Counted from the first letter of the stretch, positions 1 through 9,913 are shown. The stretch: DNA of 64,000 bases from Calditrichota bacterium (GCA_013150955.1 JAADJD010000027.1:33522-97521); one strand, 5' to 3'. Notes: generated by a model from the letters alone, not told the origin. Program-made: numbers and translations.

Positions 1-272
1 TTTCCAGCGACCGGTCGGGGGCCATTAGCGGCGAGGAACTGCAGCGCGGCAAGGTCATTGGGAATCTGGAGCGTCTGCTCATCTACCTGCTGATTCAGAT
101 GAACATGCTGGGGTTAATTACCCTGACCGTGGGATTAAAGGCCGTGGCCCGTTTTAAGAAACTGGAAGAAAAAGATTTTGCAGAATATTTTTTGATCGGC
201 ACGTTGTCCAGTCTTTTATTTGCGGTATCGCTGGCACTGGTGATTAAATATCTGGCACGGTTTGTTTCATGA
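1..272 (+). CDS. 3' end of a CDS running off the window start; hydrophobic C-terminus, probable small membrane protein
   Basis: Frame 3 is open from nt 3 to TGA at 270-272 (…GNLERLLIYLLIQMNMLGLITLTVGLKAVARFKKLEEKDF…LALVIKYLARFVS). Product not recognised. Confidence 0.35.
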   Translation, partial: SSDRSGAISGEELQRGKVIGNLERLLIYLLIQMNMLGLITLTVGLKAVARFKKLEEKDFAEYFLIGTLSSLLFAVSLALVIKYLARFVS

Positions 273-544
273 GATGCGAACTTTGTGAACGCGAGGTTTC
301 CCGGGTTACCATTCATCATTTGATTCCCCGGCAGAAGAACGGTGGAAAAGGCCCCACGGCACGGATCTGTTCGGCCTGCCATCGGCAACTCCATCATATT
401 TTTGAAAACACGACCCTGGCAAGGGAGTTGAATACACTGGAAAAAATCCGTCAGCATCCGGAGATGCAGCGATTTTTAAACTGGGTGCGCAAGCAGGATC
501 CGGATCGGCGGATACGGGTGCGTCGGAAAAAGCCGCGGATGTGA
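269..544 (+). CDS. small HNH-endonuclease-like zinc-finger protein
   Basis: 91 aa with CxxC…HHLIPR…CxxCH spacing typical of HNH nuclease folds. ATG overlaps upstream stop (ATGA). Confidence 0.45.
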   Translation: MRCELCEREVSRVTIHHLIPRQKNGGKGPTARICSACHRQLHHIFENTTLARELNTLEKIRQHPEMQRFLNWVRKQDPDRRIRVRRKKPRM

Positions 545-619
545 TGCCCAACTCCGCACCCATTCGCAAAATAATCGATTGGATGGGTTTTATTGGAAGA
601 CCATCTGACTGGCTAATGG

Positions 620-2344
620 ATGAACAAACGGCGAAGCAAGGAGACGAATGGTATCGTGATACCGCAATGGCGCAGGATTCGGGATTATTTCAGGTCGCTG
701 TTTCCCTCCCGGGAAAAGACTCTGGTTATTCTCTACACCACCGATGTTCATGGATTCATTTACCCTTACGATTACATTCTGGGGCGAGACACCCAGTGGG
801 GACTGGCCCGGGTGGCCACACTGATTGAGGCCTACCGCAAGCGCTACCCGGACGTATTGTTGCTGGATAATGGCGACTTCTTGCAGGGGTCACCCCTGAC
901 CTATTATTACAACTTTTTGCGGAAGCGCGGGAGTCATCCCGTAGCCCGGGTGATGAACGCCCTGAAGTACGATGCGGCTTCCGTTGGGAATCATGACATT
1001 GAACAGGGCCCGCGGGTTTACAACCGGGTCAGGCGTCAATTTCGCTTTCCCTGGTTGTCCGCCAATGCCAAAGTCGGCCGCAAGCGTTCCTATTTTCAGC
1101 CCTACACAATTCGAGAGTTTGGGGATATCCGCATTGCCATTCTGGGGCTGACCACCCCGGCCATTCCGCTGTGGTTAAATCCGGATCTGTATCCCGGGAT
1201 TCACTGGCAGGACATGGTGTCTGCTGCCCGCGGGTGGTTGCCGTATTTAAAGGAAAGCCAGCGGGCCAACGTGGTGATCGGGCTGTTTCATGCCGGCATT
1301 CATCCCAATGCCAACCGGCCGGACTGGCCGGAGGACATTCCCGAGGAAAACCCCTGCCTTCAAATCGCTGAAGAAATGCCCGGCTACGATGTGATTCTGG
1401 CCGCCCATGAGCATCGGTTGTACAATTCCCATCCCCTGGAAGGCGAACCGGACAATCCCCGGCGTCCCCTGGTGATGATGGCCGGCAGTCATGGGCGGCA
1501 CCTGGGGGTCATCTTTTTAAGATTAAAAAAGGAGAAAACCGGCTGGAAGGTGGTGGACAAATGGGGAAAAATCGAAAATGCCCGCCGCGAATCGCCCCAT
1601 CCTGCAATCGTGGACATCATGCGTCCCTACCATCAGCGCATCATGCGCTACATCAACTCCCGCATTGGGTATGCCCGGGATACCATCTCCTCCCGATATT
1701 CTCGCCTGAAGGACGGCGGTTTTGTGGATCTCATCCATCAGACCCAGTTCCGGTTCAGTCAGGCGGACGTTTCGCTGGCGGCCAGTTTCACCACCACCTA
1801 CGTGCTGAAAAAAGGGCCCATTCGCATCCGCGATGTGTACGGCCTCTACAAATATGAGAATTATCTGTATGTGGTTATTTTAACCGGGCAGCAGCTCATC
1901 GATCATCTGGAATGGACAGCGCAATATTTCAACACGGTGGATCCCGAAGATCCGCTGGCGCGTCCCCTGATCAACGCCGATTTTATGGGATTTAATTACG
2001 ACATGGCCGAGGGGATTACCTATGAAATTGACATCACCCGTCCCGTGGGGGAACGCATCCAGAATGTTCGCCTCACCGCGACCGGGGAGCCGCTGGATCG
2101 TCAGCAGTCGTTTCGAGTTGCGGTGAATAGTTACCGGGCGCAGCAATTGCGCAAACGCTTCCGCTGCCCGATCGTCTGGAAATCGAACAAAGAAATCCGG
2201 GATCTTATCGTGGAGTACATTAAGGAAAAACGGGAAATCCGGGACAAAACCACCCACAACTGGAAGCTGGTACCGGAATGGATTGTGGAAAAGTACATCC
2301 GGGAGCGGCTGGAACGGGATTTGTCAGCCATTCGCGATGAGTGA
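620..2344 (+). CDS. bifunctional metallophosphatase / 5'-nucleotidase family protein (UshA/CpdB-like); no signal peptide, so probably cytoplasmic
   Basis: Metallophosphatase motifs DVHG, GDFLQG, GNHDIE and a C-terminal 5'-nucleotidase-type domain. N-terminus is basic, not hydrophobic. Confidence 0.75.
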   Translation: MNKRRSKETNGIVIPQWRRIRDYFRSLFPSREKTLVILYTTDVHGFIYPYDYILGRDTQWGLARVATLIEAYRKRYPDVLLLDNGDFLQGSPLTYYYNFLRKRGSHPVARVMNALKYDAASVGNHDIEQGPRVYNRVRRQFRFPWLSANAKVGRKRSYFQPYTIREFGDIRIAILGLTTPAIPLWLNPDLYPGIHWQDMVSAARGWLPYLKESQRANVVIGLFHAGIHPNANRPDWPEDIPEENPCLQIAEEMPGYDVILAAHEHRLYNSHPLEGEPDNPRRPLVMMAGSHGRHLGVIFLRLKKEKTGWKVVDKWGKIENARRESPHPAIVDIMRPYHQRIMRYINSRIGYARDTISSRYSRLKDGGFVDLIHQTQFRFSQADVSLAASFTTTYVLKKGPIRIRDVYGLYKYENYLYVVILTGQQLIDHLEWTAQYFNTVDPEDPLARPLINADFMGFNYDMAEGITYEIDITRPVGERIQNVRLTATGEPLDRQQSFRVAVNSYRAQQLRKRFRCPIVWKSNKEIRDLIVEYIKEKREIRDKTTHNWKLVPEWIVEKYIRERLERDLSAIRDE

Positions 2345-2441
2345 AGCTACCCGGAATGAGCGGGAAAGAAACAGGGGATGCGATGATCGGCTGGCCTTTC
2401 TGAACGGGAAGCCGTTCTAAATGGCGCAATTTCGATTATTG

Positions 2442-2470
2442 TTGATTTTACAGGGGATTTTTAGTAAAAT
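2442..2470 (+). promoter_or_regulatory. sigma-70-type promoter upstream of the HU/IHF gene (TTGATT-17-TAAAAT)
   Basis: TTGATT at 2442-2447, 17-nt spacer, TAAAAT at 2465-2470. RBS AGGAGG at 2482-2487 precedes ATG 2494. Confidence 0.4.
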
Positions 2471-2493
2471 CTTTGGCTTTTAGGAGGATTTTT

Positions 2494-2823
2494 ATGACGG
2501 TGACAAAGTCGGAGTTGGTGAATCTTTTATCCGATGCCACCGGTTTAACCAAGGTGGATGTGGAAGTGATTGTGAATGGCCTGTTGTACCACATCATGGA
2601 AGCGCTGCAAAATGGCGATCGGGTGGAGATTCGAGGCTTTGGCAGTTTTTATGCCAAGGAGCGGTTGCCCCGAAAGGTGAAGAATCCTCAAATGGGTCGC
2701 GAAATCGAGGTCGACCATCGATTTGTGCCTGTCTTTAAACCGGCAAAGTTTTTTCGGGAATCGGTAAATAACAGTTTACGCAAAAAATATAACATAGGTG
2801 AATCGACTGATGAAAACCTGTAA
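2494..2823 (+). CDS. HU/IHF-family DNA-binding protein (IHF-beta-like)
   Basis: 109 aa; …GFGSF…RKVKNPQ(M)G…FKP… is the HU/IHF beta-arm signature. AGGAGG RBS 7 nt upstream of ATG 2494; the ORF track starts at TTG 2473. Confidence 0.85.
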   Translation: MTVTKSELVNLLSDATGLTKVDVEVIVNGLLYHIMEALQNGDRVEIRGFGSFYAKERLPRKVKNPQMGREIEVDHRFVPVFKPAKFFRESVNNSLRKKYNIGESTDENL

Positions 2824-3664
2824 CCATTGTGGAAAATCGGTACCTGAAGAGGCAAAATTTTGCCCTTACTGTGGTCAGGCATTGCAGGCCGAGCCGGTGA
2901 TTTGTAAGAATTGTGGAACGGACAATCCTCCGGATGCCCGCTTTTGCCGTTCGTGTGGAACCGCGCTGGCTGCTCCCAAAAAAGCGGTCCGGGAACGTCC
3001 CCGGGAAGAGAAAGCGCCAGCAGCCGAGATGTGGCGTAATCCCTACGTCATTATCATGTTTGTTGCTGTTCTGGCCATGGCGGTGGCCACGGTGTACAAC
3101 TACACCTACATCCGGATCGAACAAAAGAAAATCCGCTCAACTCCCACCGCGGGACAGCCCCACGTGCATGAGGAAACTCCTCAGCAGCCGGCTCAGGCCC
3201 AACCCGCCATGGATCCGGAAGAGCTGGAAGCCCATATTCAAACCATTAAGGAACAGATTGAAAAAGACCCCGATAATGCCGAACTTTACGTGCACATGGG
3301 AAATTTGCTGTTCGATAATCATCGGTTCGAAGAGGCCATTCCCTATTATGAAAAGGCCATTCAGCTGGATCCAACCAATGCCAACGTCATCGTTGATCTG
3401 GGCGTGTCGTACTTCCAGGTGCAGAACTTTGATAAGGCCAAGCAGTTGTTTAATACCGCTCTGGCCATCGATCCCAATCACGTATTTGCGTTATACAATT
3501 TAGGCGTGGTCAATTTACAATTAAAGGATATGAACGGTCTGATGGAGGCCTGGGGGAAGTTGCTGGAAATCGCTCCCAACTCGCCGCAGGCACAGCGGGC
3601 CAATCAAATTCTGGAAGAAATTCATCAAACGGTTAACATGAATACAAATGGAGGGACTGATTAA
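2810..3664 (+). CDS. zinc-ribbon / single TM / TPR-repeat protein
   Basis: N-terminal CxxC…CxxC twice (double zinc ribbon), one hydrophobic helix (VIIMFVAVLAMAVATVY), then TPR-like repeats (AIPYYEKAIQLDP…). Confidence 0.65.
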   Translation: MKTCNHCGKSVPEEAKFCPYCGQALQAEPVICKNCGTDNPPDARFCRSCGTALAAPKKAVRERPREEKAPAAEMWRNPYVIIMFVAVLAMAVATVYNYTYIRIEQKKIRSTPTAGQPHVHEETPQQPAQAQPAMDPEELEAHIQTIKEQIEKDPDNAELYVHMGNLLFDNHRFEEAIPYYEKAIQLDPTNANVIVDLGVSYFQVQNFDKAKQLFNTALAIDPNHVFALYNLGVVNLQLKDMNGLMEAWGKLLEIAPNSPQAQRANQILEEIHQTVNMNTNGGTD

Positions 3665-3759
3665 TGCCGTGTGGTCGTAAACGTAAACGTCATAAAATGG
3701 CAACCCATAAGCGCAAAAAACGTCTGCGCAAGAATCGTCACAAAAAGAAATTACGGTAA
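3664..3759 (+). CDS. 31-aa highly basic micro-protein, bS22-like ribosomal protein candidate (MPCGRKRKRHKMATHKRKKRLRKNRHKKKLR)
   Basis: ATG overlaps the stop of the upstream gene (TAATG). 22 of 31 residues are K/R/H, with a KRxKRxKxxxHKRKKxLRKxR pattern as in bS22-type peptides. Below the ORF-track length cutoff. Confidence 0.45.
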   Translation: MPCGRKRKRHKMATHKRKKRLRKNRHKKKLR

Positions 3760-3808
3760 TTCCCAACGGTTGATTGAGAGATTTCCCTGACACCCATTGG
3801 GGGAGGAA

Positions 3809-5011
3809 ATGGAAGAAAAATTCATATACACGGTCAGTCGCCTGACCCGCGAGATCAAAGAACTGCTGGAAATGAGCTTCCCCAGGCTCTGGGTTGAGGG
3901 TGAAATCTCCAATTTTAAACGCCACACATCCGGCCACCTGTATTTTACATTGAAGGATGAACATGCGCAGATTAACTGCGCCATGTGGCGGTTCCGGGCC
4001 AATGGCCTGCTGTTTGAACCCCGCGATGGCATGCAGGTGGTGGTGGAAGGCGAATTGCAGGTGTACGAAAAGGGTGGCTATTACCAGCTGGTTGTGCATC
4101 AAATTCAACCGGCGGGTGTGGGTGCCCTGCAAATGGCCTTCGAGCAGCTGAAGCAAAAGCTGCATCAGGAAGGGCTTTTCGACGAGAAGTACAAAAAACC
4201 CATCCCCGATTTTCCCGAACGCATTGGCGTGGTCACTTCGCCCACAGGCGCTGCCATTCGCGATATTATCAGCGTTATCACCCGGCGCTTTCCCGGGGTT
4301 CAAATCATTCTTTATCCCGTCCGGGTACAGGGAGATGGTGCGGCCGAAGAGATTGCCCGCGCCATTCGGGATTTCAACGAATTTGGCGATGTGGATGTGC
4401 TGATTGTGGGACGGGGCGGTGGGTCGCTGGAGGATTTGTGGGCATTTAACGAGGAAGTGGTGGCTCGCGCCATATTCGAATCGCGCATTCCCATCATTTC
4501 TGCCGTGGGGCATGAAATCGATTTTTCCATCGCCGATTTTGTGGCCGATCGGCGGGCGCCAACCCCTTCTGCAGCGGCGGAAATGGTCGTAAAGGATCGG
4601 GCAGATTTGGTTATGAATATAAAGCAAATTCGTGAAAAAATCACTGTTTCTTTGCTCAAAGAAATTCATGCCTATCGGGAAAAGCTGCAGAGCCTGTTGC
4701 GCAGTTATGCCTTCCGTAAACCGGAAGACATCGTTTATCAAAAAATGCAGCGGGTGGACGAACTTCAGAAAAATATTTTCCTGGCAACCAGCCATATTCT
4801 GGCGTTAAAACGGAATCGGCTGGAGAGCCTTCAATATCAGTTACAGGCGTTGAATCCCACGGCCATTCTCAAGCGGGGTTACAGCATCTGCTACAAGGAT
4901 GGGGAAATTGTAAAGGACGTGTCCCAGGTAAATGTGCTGGACATCGTTCAGGTGCGACTGGCCCGGGGCCAGTTTCTGTCGCAGGTTCAAATGCTGGGTG
5001 AAAGCACATGA
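3809..5011 (+). CDS. xseA: exodeoxyribonuclease VII large subunit
   Basis: OB-fold N-terminus (…FPRLWVEGEISNF…) and catalytic domain over the full 400 aa. ATG 3809 follows GGAGG; track ORF starts at TTG 3797. Confidence 0.9.
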   Translation: MEEKFIYTVSRLTREIKELLEMSFPRLWVEGEISNFKRHTSGHLYFTLKDEHAQINCAMWRFRANGLLFEPRDGMQVVVEGELQVYEKGGYYQLVVHQIQPAGVGALQMAFEQLKQKLHQEGLFDEKYKKPIPDFPERIGVVTSPTGAAIRDIISVITRRFPGVQIILYPVRVQGDGAAEEIARAIRDFNEFGDVDVLIVGRGGGSLEDLWAFNEEVVARAIFESRIPIISAVGHEIDFSIADFVADRRAPTPSAAAEMVVKDRADLVMNIKQIREKITVSLLKEIHAYREKLQSLLRSYAFRKPEDIVYQKMQRVDELQKNIFLATSHILALKRNRLESLQYQLQALNPTAILKRGYSICYKDGEIVKDVSQVNVLDIVQVRLARGQFLSQVQMLGEST

Positions 5012-5250
5012 GTGGATCGAGCAAGATGACATTCGAGAAAGCCCTGAGTCGGCTGGAAGAAATTGCCCGTCAGCTGGAAAGTGGAGACATCCCGCTGGAA
5101 GAATCCCTGAAGATGTACGAAGAGGGCATGAAGCTCATCGAATTTTGTAACGAAAAGTTGAATGAGGCCGAAAAGAAGGTTCAAAAGCTTACCCGAAATC
5201 AGGATGGCGAATTTGTTACCGAACCCCTGGATACCCCACCTGAAGAATGA
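5008..5250 (+). CDS. xseB: exodeoxyribonuclease VII small subunit
   Basis: 80 aa, …FEKALSRLEEIARQLESGDIPLEESLKMYEEG…, ATGA overlap with xseA. Confidence 0.85.
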   Translation: MSGSSKMTFEKALSRLEEIARQLESGDIPLEESLKMYEEGMKLIEFCNEKLNEAEKKVQKLTRNQDGEFVTEPLDTPPEE

Positions 5251-5269
5251 TTCCGATCCCCATTAGAAA

Positions 5270-5700
5270 TGATCCCGGATAACGCATTAGACCACGAATT
5301 GCACGAATGAAAACGAATAAAAAAATCCCAAATAAAGCGTTAAACCACGAATCACTCGAATGAATTCGAATAAAATCAACAAAATAGCGAATATATCCAG
5401 GAAAACATTTTTATCCAGATAGAATCAAGTGCATTTTATCCCAAATTATGCTTTAAACCACGAATTGCACGAATTAACACAAATAAGAACAATAAAATCC
5501 ATTGATTTAGATCTGTATGAAAATTCGCTCCGAGGTTTGTTCGTGATTTTATTGATATTTTTTGTGTTCATTTGCGTGATTCGCGGTTTAATGCATTATC
5601 TGGGTTTATTATTTTTATTGGTGTTAATTCGTGTGATTCGTAGGCTAATGCATAATCTGGGTTCATTCGCGCGATTTGCGGTTTGATGCATCATCTGTGA
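5270..5700. repeat. cluster of MITE-like TIR elements: one full forward copy (about 5441-5606), one reverse copy (about 5326-5440) and at least 3 extra arm fragments
   Basis: Matches the about 170-bp consensus seen at 11 other loci (left arm aacccagattatgcaatagcctacgaat…acacaaataaaa; right arm …ttcattcgcgtgattcgcggtttaatgcattatttgggtt, its imperfect reverse complement). Confidence 0.85.
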
Positions 5701-6125
5701 TGATTCGCTTTCTGCTGGTGGATTGGCCGTCTCCGTAAAATCGGTTCGAGATCCCGGTTGGAATGGCATCATGCATTGATGGCGTTCTCGCCAGGTGACC
5801 TTTTCCGCAAACATAGGGTTTGCCGGAAATTTTATTTTTCGTAAAACTTTCTCCTTGTGCCCGACGTAATATTTTCGCATAATTTTTGGGGCTTTTGAAA
5901 GAATCCGGGTGATTGCTTTTATGAAATGGGGGATGGCATTGTTTTTCGAAGGGCCGCTTTACGGTAGTTGAAGGCTGGGCGATTGAAAAGACCCCACAAT
6001 TTCCATAGATTATCCACAGCCCCCGGAAAGAACGTAACGGATTTTCGCCCCTGGCCATTGCCGGAATGCCGTGGCCAGTGGGTGATTGAGTAACACAGTA
6101 CGGATTGAAAAGGTAGAAGAGGCGT

Positions 6126-8348
6126 ATGCGGTATCTACAGTTTCTTTTATGGGTGGTCGTTTTGGGTCTGTTTGCAGACGCGGTAATCGGGCAGCAGTCG
6201 ACGATCATGCGTCTTCATCGCATTGATCAACCCATCAAGCTGGACGGGGTGCTGGATGAACCCGTCTGGGCGGAGATAGAACCCCTCCCTCTGGTCATGT
6301 CATCACCCACTTATGGGGCTCCACCGACTGAGCGGACGGAAATCCGCCTGGCTTATGATGAAAATTATCTCTACGCAGCGGGGGCGTTTTACGACTCGGA
6401 TCCCGGTGGGGTTCGGGCCAATACCCTGACCCGCGATGGGATCAATTTCAGCGATGATCGTTTTGCCATCATTCTGGACACGTTCAACGACAACGAAAAT
6501 GCGCTGGGGTTTGTGATCAATCCTGCCGGCGCTCGTAGCGATTTTGCCGTGTACAACGATGGGGAAAGCAATCGCGGCCCACCCCTGAATCGGAGCTGGG
6601 ATACTTTCTGGGATGCAGCCGTTGTCCGTACGGAAGAGGGCTGGTTTGCGGAGGTGCGCATTCCCTTCTCCAGCCTGCGTTTTCAGGATGATGAGGGCCG
6701 GGTGATTATGGGCGTGATCACCTGGCGAGCCATTGCCCGCAAAAACGAAGTGGTCACCTTTCCCGCCATTCCGTCCAAATGGCGCTGGGGATTGTACAAG
6801 CCATCCATTGCTCAGGATGTCCTCCTGGAAGGTGTTTATTCCCGAAAGCCCCTGTACGTAACTCCCTATTTGTTGGGTGGGGTGCAGCAAACACCATTCG
6901 TCGGAAGCAATGGATTGACCGGACAACTCACCACCGATCCCACCCGGGAAATAGGACTGGATGTGAAGTACAGCATCACCAGCAATTTAACCCTGGACGT
7001 TACCCTGAACACCGATTTTGCGCAGGTGGAATCGGATGATGAGCAGATCAATCTGACCCGATTTTCCCTGTTTTTTCCGGAGAAGCGATTGTTTTTTCAG
7101 GAGCGTGCCAGCATCTTCGAATTTCAAACCGGGCAGCAGTCGCGGGTATTTTACAGTCGCCGCATTGGATTGACCCGCGATGGCCAGCCGCTTCGGATTT
7201 ACGGAGGCGTTCGGTTGATCGGGCGCATCGGCAACTGGGATGTGGGACTGCTGGACATGCAGACGGCCCCCTACGAATCCACACCCTCGGAAAATTTCGG
7301 TGTGCTGCGCCTCCGTCGGCGGGTGATTAATGAGAATTCCTATGTGGGCACCATTTTCACCAGTCGGTTGGGGACGGATGGGCGGTTCAACTACGTGTAC
7401 GGGGTGGATGGGATTATTCGGGTGGTCAATGATGATTACCTGACCATCACCTGGGCCCAGTCCTTTGAAAATGGCCGTTCCCGCTGGGATCCGGGGAGCG
7501 GACGGTTGCGACTGGCCTGGGATAAGCGATCCGATCGGGGGCTGTTTTATCGCGCCCGATTGGGATGGTCTGGTGCGGATTACAATCCCGGCATCGGTTT
7601 TGTCCGCCGAAAAGATTTTACCCGCCTGGTGGGCGCCCTGGGTTATGGATGGTATCCGGGGCGGGAGTCGTTGTTATACAAGATGTCCCTTACCCTGCGT
7701 GCGGCCGCTTTTGTGCGCAACTCCGATCGTTCCATCGAAACCGCAGACGCGGGCCCGGAACTGCGCCTGAATCCCAAAATCGGGGGATTCCTGCGCATCT
7801 ATGCTTCCACCAATTACGAATCCATTCTGGACACCTTCCGCATTGCCAGCGATGCCTGGGTGCCGCCCGGAAATTATCAGTTTTATAAGGTCAGCATGTT
7901 TTTCATTTCCCCGTTTGGGTATTTGATTCGGGCGCGAGTTAATATGGACGCCGGGGAGTTTTATGATGGCTGGCGGGTGACTTTTGGATTGTCGCCCTCC
8001 TGGTCGATTTCCTCTCATCTGGAGGTGGGCGGAGAATATCAGATCAATCGAGTGCGCTTCCCTGGACGCAATCAAAAATTCGATGCAGACATCTTTCGAT
8101 TGCGGTTACGCGGCAACCTGGACACCCGCTTTTCCATGAGCTCGTTTATTCAGTACAATTCAGCCACCCAGAAAATTGGGATTAATGTGCGTTTCCGGTA
8201 TAATCCGCGGGACGGGAACGACCTTTACCTGGTATACAACGAGAACCTGGATGTGAACGGCAGCGATGCCATGCTGGTGGAAAATCGGACGGTTCTGCTA
8301 AAACTGACCTACACCTTTCAGCAACCGTTTCGCATGCCTTTGCTTTAA
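6126..8348 (+). CDS. secreted DUF5916 / CBM9-like domain protein with C-terminal beta-barrel-like region
   Basis: Signal peptide (MRYLQFLLWVVVLGLFADA). N-terminal domain resembles carbohydrate-binding family 9-like hydrolase domain proteins (DUF5916 architecture). 740 aa. Confidence 0.55.
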   Translation: MRYLQFLLWVVVLGLFADAVIGQQSTIMRLHRIDQPIKLDGVLDEPVWAEIEPLPLVMSSPTYGAPPTERTEIRLAYDENYLYAAGAFYDSDPGGVRANTLTRDGINFSDDRFAIILDTFNDNENALGFVINPAGARSDFAVYNDGESNRGPPLNRSWDTFWDAAVVRTEEGWFAEVRIPFSSLRFQDDEGRVIMGVITWRAIARKNEVVTFPAIPSKWRWGLYKPSIAQDVLLEGVYSRKPLYVTPYLLGGVQQTPFVGSNGLTGQLTTDPTREIGLDVKYSITSNLTLDVTLNTDFAQVESDDEQINLTRFSLFFPEKRLFFQERASIFEFQTGQQSRVFYSRRIGLTRDGQPLRIYGGVRLIGRIGNWDVGLLDMQTAPYESTPSENFGVLRLRRRVINENSYVGTIFTSRLGTDGRFNYVYGVDGIIRVVNDDYLTITWAQSFENGRSRWDPGSGRLRLAWDKRSDRGLFYRARLGWSGADYNPGIGFVRRKDFTRLVGALGYGWYPGRESLLYKMSLTLRAAAFVRNSDRSIETADAGPELRLNPKIGGFLRIYASTNYESILDTFRIASDAWVPPGNYQFYKVSMFFISPFGYLIRARVNMDAGEFYDGWRVTFGLSPSWSISSHLEVGGEYQINRVRFPGRNQKFDADIFRLRLRGNLDTRFSMSSFIQYNSATQKIGINVRFRYNPRDGNDLYLVYNENLDVNGSDAMLVENRTVLLKLTYTFQQPFRMPLL

Positions 8349-8430
8349 TCAGACGAAAAGGCCTGCGGTAGGAAATGGGGAGTGTGAAAAATTTGTGATC
8401 CATCCGGGGAAAATTCGAGGGCGAATTTAA

Positions 8431-8698
8431 AAACCCGGATGATGCAATATCCTACGAATGACACGAATTCACCCAAATGATGCTTTAGACCACAAATTGC
8501 ACGAATTAACGCTAATAAAATTAATCCCAGATTAAGCAATAGCCTACGAATGACACGAATTAACACAAATAAAACTCATAAAATACATTGGATTGTGTCT
8601 GGATGAAATGTGTTCCAGGGTTTATTCGCGATTTTATTGATATTTATGGGTTCGTTCGCATGATTTGCGGTTTCATGCATCATCCGGGATAAACGGTT
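8431..8698. repeat. MITE-like element: two stuttered left arms (8431-8520) plus one full copy (8521-8698)
   Basis: Sequence identity to the family consensus. Confidence 0.85.
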
Positions 8699-8782
8699 TT
8701 GATTTTGTTTCACCTGGCCCCGGTCTTTTATCTCCAATGATTTACTCTTTATTCGCGGAATATGGGGTAACCCCATTTGAAT

Positions 8783-9913
8783 TCATGAACGGAATGTTTT
8801 CAGAACCGTCTCCAGGGCGCTGGCACAGTAGAGCACGTTTTTGGGATTGCTTCCGTAACCCATGAGGCCAATACGCCAGATCTTTCCGGCCATCGGGCCC
8901 AGTCCCGCCCCGATTTCCAGACGGAATTCCTCCAGAAGCCGCTGACGTACCTGGGCATCGTCCACCCCGTCGGGAATCTGAACCGCATTTAGCTGGGGAA
9001 TCCGTTCCGCTTCGGGGACAAAAAATTCCAGTCCAATGGCTTCCAGTGCGGTTTTCAGCCGGAGGTGATTTTCCCGATGCCGTTGCCAGGCATTTTCCAG
9101 TCCTTCTTCCTTTAACATCACCAGAGCCTCGTGCAGGCCATACAGGTTGTTAATTGGCGCGGTGTGATGGTATGCCCGACGTTGTTGCCCGCCCCAGTAC
9201 TGCATGACCAGATTGACATCCAGAAACCAGCTCTGAACCGGCGTCTTACGATTTTGGATGTGTGCCACTGCCCGCTCATTAAAGGTGATGGGTGCCAGTC
9301 CCGGTGGAGCCGACAGGCATTTCTGGCTGCCGGAATAGACCACATCCAGTTCCCATTCATCCACCTTAAGGGGACATCCGCCCAGGGAGGTTACCGCATC
9401 GACGATCACCAGGCAGTCGTGTTGATGGGCGATGGCCGCCAGCGTGCGGGCGTCAGATAGAGCGCCGGTGGAGGTTTCCGCGTGAACGAATGTCACCACC
9501 CGTGCTTCGGGGTGGGCCTTTAAAGCGGCTTCCAGTTTTTCCGGTTCAATGGCCCGACCCCAGGGCGCTTCCACCACAACGGGCTGTCCACCACACCGTT
9601 CGACCATGGCCTGCATGCGACCACCAAATACTCCGTTCACGCACACAATAACCGTATCGCCCGGCTCTACCATGTTCACGATGGCGGTTTCCATGCCGGC
9701 AGATCCTGGCGCCGATACCACGAAAGTCATGTCGTTGCGGGTTTGAAAAGCGTACTGCAGCAATTGTTTTACCTGATCCATCATGCGGATAAATTCCGGA
9801 TCCAGATGGCCGATGGTGGGGCGGCTCATGGCCTCCAGCACACGTGGGCTGATGTCTGAGGGCCCTGGCCCCATTAAGATGCGCTGCGGGGGATGAAACG
9901 AAGTGATTTCCAT
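8783..9913 (-). CDS. class V aminotransferase (alanine--glyoxylate / serine--pyruvate aminotransferase family)
   Basis: 376 aa; PLP-lysine context …SGSQKCLSAPPG… and overall AGXT-like conservation. Confidence 0.8.
   Translation of the reverse strand: MEITSFHPPQRILMGPGPSDISPRVLEAMSRPTIGHLDPEFIRMMDQVKQLLQYAFQTRNDMTFVVSAPGSAGMETAIVNMVEPGDTVIVCVNGVFGGRMQAMVERCGGQPVVVEAPWGRAIEPEKLEAALKAHPEARVVTFVHAETSTGALSDARTLAAIAHQHDCLVIVDAVTSLGGCPLKVDEWELDVVYSGSQKCLSAPPGLAPITFNERAVAHIQNRKTPVQSWFLDVNLVMQYWGGQQRRAYHHTAPINNLYGLHEALVMLKEEGLENAWQRHRENHLRLKTALEAIGLEFFVPEAERIPQLNAVQIPDGVDDAQVRQRLLEEFRLEIGAGLGPMAGKIWRIGLMGYGSNPKNVLYCASALETVLKTFRS

Noticed and set aside
250-270. TGGCAC-N5-GTTTC sigma-54-like motif, and similar hits at 17097 and 45936
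   Set aside because: The -12 element lacks the conserved GC and the hits lie inside coding sequence. No convincing -24/-12 promoter was found in the window by eye.
541-828. 95-aa ORF overlapping the 5'-nucleotidase start; possible frameshift hiding a signal peptide
   Set aside because: Neither frame encodes a hydrophobic signal peptide, and an in-frame stop precedes the nucleotidase start. No evidence for a frameshifted longer gene.
3521-4795. 424-aa minus-strand ORF
   Set aside because: Lies entirely antisense within xseA. Low-complexity, His/Gly-rich translation with no motifs; typical shadow ORF in a GC-skewed gene.
5429-5686. Small ORFs inside MITE clusters (also 8576..8776, 8345..8566, 10272..10664, 30057..30299, and the 3' part of 17797..18318)
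   Set aside because: They run through repeat elements present in both orientations, so every copy would encode a different peptide; no RBS.
5663-6208. 181-aa minus-strand ORF upstream of the DUF5916 gene
   Set aside because: Begins inside a MITE arm and overlaps the start of the plus-strand gene; no motifs or RBS.
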